A DNA stretch of 64,000 nt from a virus, in IMG/VR virus record IMGVR_UViG_3300031788_000007, positions 14,983-78,982 of that record. One strand, given 5' to 3'. The first letter of the stretch is position 1; every line of letters starts with the position of its first letter. The position numbers and the translations under genes are program-made. Of this stretch, positions 61,970-64,000 are shown piece after piece. The notes under the pieces are model-generated. The model did no database searches. It was not told the DNA's origin and saw only the letters and a list, made by a program, of their open reading frames with translations.

Positions 61970-62518
61970 ATGGGGATGATTTTCATTGGGGTGGACCCAG
62001 GACTCGGAGGATGCCTCTGCGTACTCGATCCAGACAAAAACGAGGTGCAGTTCTTTGATGCGCCTGTCTTGGAGATGGTGGTCAACAAGAAGAACAAGGG
62101 CGTTCTCGACGCCTACCGGATGGTCCAGATACTCAAGGACGTGTCGGCTGGCCGGCAGGTGATGGTGAGTATCGAGAAGGTCCAAGCGATGCCGGGCGGG
62201 GGAGAGCGGACGATGGGCGCCACCTCGGCTTTCAACTTCGGCATGGGCTACGGGCTTTGGTTGGGGATACTGGCGGCGCTGGAGCTTCCGTACCAGACTG
62301 TCCATCCGGCCACATGGAAGGCGAGAATGATGTCGGGGTGCTCAAAGGAGAAAGACGCAAGCCGGGCCGTGGCAATGCAGCACTACCCGAGGGCGGCGAA
62401 GGAATTGGCGCGAAAGAAGGACGACGGCAGAGCCGATAGCGCCCTTATTGCCAGATGGGGTTGGCTGACCTACGGCGGCCAGCCGGCGGCCAAGCCGAAG
62501 GAAGGGTTGTTCGACTGA
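61970..62518 (+). CDS. RuvC-like Holliday junction resolvase
   Basis: IGVDPG, IEKV, SAFNFG, P.TWK, DGRADS. Confidence 0.88.
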   Translation: MGMIFIGVDPGLGGCLCVLDPDKNEVQFFDAPVLEMVVNKKNKGVLDAYRMVQILKDVSAGRQVMVSIEKVQAMPGGGERTMGATSAFNFGMGYGLWLGILAALELPYQTVHPATWKARMMSGCSKEKDASRAVAMQHYPRAAKELARKKDDGRADSALIARWGWLTYGGQPAAKPKEGLFD

Positions 62519-62580
62519 GGTTCACTATTGCTCATTCAATTGAATACGAGGCAGGTGTATAGTGTTTTTGGAGGCGAACC

Positions 62581-63129
62581 GTGGACTTAGACGAACTCAG
62601 CACAAGGGCGCTTTTGGTACGCATCCTACGCGAACTAGAAGAGAATGAGCGCCGGAGCGTAAAGATCGAGGATGAGCTGGCCTACGTCGCCCACACCGTT
62701 CGCAAAATCGAGCGCGAAGTGCGCCCAAAACCTCAACCCCTAACCGCCTCAGTGGCAAACATCTTCATAGGAGATATTCCAATGGCAGACAACGTTCTCG
62801 TTCTCAATGTCGGTCAGACCGCGATCGACACCCTCACTCCCCGCCTCGCCGATGGCATTACGCCTTCTGGCGGTGTAATCAGCAACGTCGTTGTGACGTT
62901 TAGCGACCCTTCGGCAACCGCCGCGGTTCAACCCGACAACACGATCCTGTTTACGGGCGTTGCGGCCTCAGTCGGCCCGATCAGCGGCTCGACAGCTCTC
63001 ACCATCACCGACACGGACGGAGTAACATCGACGTGGAATGTTCCTTTCACGGTCCAGGTGAACGCTCCAATTCCCCCGGCGCAGCTCACCCAGAGCGTGG
63101 CGAACGTGTTCTCGGTGCCAATCCCCTAG
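62581..63129 (+). CDS. Coiled-coil plus Ig-like protein
   Basis: N-terminal heptads, beta-rich C-terminus, LT(A/Q)SVAN(I/V)F repeated. Confidence 0.65.
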   Translation: MDLDELSTRALLVRILRELEENERRSVKIEDELAYVAHTVRKIEREVRPKPQPLTASVANIFIGDIPMADNVLVLNVGQTAIDTLTPRLADGITPSGGVISNVVVTFSDPSATAAVQPDNTILFTGVAASVGPISGSTALTITDTDGVTSTWNVPFTVQVNAPIPPAQLTQSVANVFSVPIP

Positions 63130-63145
63130 TTCCTCCCCGCACGAA

Positions 63146-63186
63146 GGAGCGGCTCCGGCTAACCAGTCGGGGCCGTTTTCCTTTTC
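63146..63186 (+). terminator. Intrinsic terminator
   Basis: GCGGCTCCGGCT-AACC-AGTCGGGGCCGT then TTTCCTTTT. Confidence 0.75.
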
Positions 63187-63188
63187 AC

Positions 63189-63201
63189 TCCAAAATTTGG
63201 A
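63189..63201. repeat. Dispersed palindrome copy 15
   Basis: AC-TCCAAAATTTGGA-CT directly after the terminator. Confidence 0.97.
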
Positions 63202-63254
63202 CTGGGCCGCAGAATCCGGTGGCAAGAAACCCGTCATCGCGTTACGCTTTACCC

Positions 63255-64000
63255 ATGTGGCGTTTAGCGAAGGCGTGTGCGGTAATGATTGTCGGAGCCT
63301 CTCTTCCCGTGGCGGCTCAGGTGGTACTCTCAGGGCAAGTCAACTATCAGGGGAACGCGGTCCCCTACGCCCCAATCCAAGTGTGCGCTGTGACCTCGAC
63401 TGGGACTCCCTGCGTTCCCGTCTCTAGCATTTTTTCCGACTACAATCTGAGCCACAGTGTCCCGAATCCGAACGCGGCCGATCAGTACGGGAATTTTACG
63501 TTCTACGCCGCGAACCTCCCATCGCCGTCGTTTTATGTGGTGCAGGTGACTCCGACGCCAGGGTTAACGTGGTCCTATGTAGAGAACGGCGGGGCATTTA
63601 ATACGGTTCTTCCGAACGGGACAACGGCAACAACTCAGCCGTGCGGAACGAATCTCACTTTCGTGGCGACCGGGCAGTACGTCGCCAACTGTGCGGCTAT
63701 AGGAGGGGTCACAATTTTCTCCGCTCCGACTGGAAACTGGCCTCCGTGGTTGGTTCCGACGGTCACAAATCCCACAACCACTCCTCAACTCACCTTAATA
63801 GCGGGAACAGTCCCTATCGGAAACGGCGGCACAGGTGCGACCACGGCCTATGGCGCGGCGACAAACCTCGGGGTTCCGCAGTGGTCTGTTGGAGTAGGAG
63901 CGCCCTCGGCGACGTGCTCGGCAATCGCAAACAACGGCACTTTCTATACGAGCAGCACATCGGAAATCTTCCAGTGTTCAAATGTGACAGGCACGTATCA
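63255..64000 (+). CDS. Fibre/spike-like protein with N-terminal signal peptide (runs off the window)
   Basis: MWRLAKACAVMIVGASLPVAA|Q..., NPNAADQYGNFTFYA (head-binding-like), VPIGNGGTGATTA fibre motif; no stop before 64000. Confidence 0.75.
   Translation, partial: MWRLAKACAVMIVGASLPVAAQVVLSGQVNYQGNAVPYAPIQVCAVTSTGTPCVPVSSIFSDYNLSHSVPNPNAADQYGNFTFYAANLPSPSFYVVQVTPTPGLTWSYVENGGAFNTVLPNGTTATTQPCGTNLTFVATGQYVANCAAIGGVTIFSAPTGNWPPWLVPTVTNPTTTPQLTLIAGTVPIGNGGTGATTAYGAATNLGVPQWSVGVGAPSATCSAIANNGTFYTSSTSEIFQCSNVTGTY

Noticed and set aside
1615-63201. Palindrome series as a CRISPR array or integron attC set
   Set aside because: Copies are kilobases apart, only 13-17 bp long, five lie in CDSs, and no cas or integrase gene is seen

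Overview
The whole window is part of a tailed dsDNA phage genome with a podovirus-like virion module, coding almost entirely on the + strand. Gene order: terminase large-subunit C-terminus, portal, scaffold, major capsid, a block of small very basic proteins, adaptor/tail-tube genes, peptide deformylase (- strand), HNH, many small accessory ORFs, RNA ligase, a glycosyltransferase/B12-radical-SAM/methyltransferase cluster invaded by two homing endonucleases, a tail stabilisation protein, ejection proteins including a 3828-aa polyvalent protein, a divergent HTH switch, a recombination/replication block (DnaQ-like exonuclease, Bet/RecT, ACP, KTSC, PD-(D/E)XK exonuclease, DnaB, RuvC-like) and the start of a fibre gene with a signal peptide. 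ACP and DnaB resemble Acidobacteriota proteins as I recall them, so that host is an inference. No integrase, DNA polymerase, tRNA or CRISPR array was seen. Main unexplained signals: (1) a 13-bp palindrome TCCAAA(A/T)TTTGGA present 15 times, on average about every 4.4 kb, both directly after stop codons and inside coding sequences; (2) extra free-standing copies of the terminase ATPase domain and nuclease domain among the ejection-protein genes, which are candidate decoys; (3) several genes whose ends are duplicated nearby; (4) several strongly structured non-coding segments. All calls are by-eye motif recognition; no searches were run.
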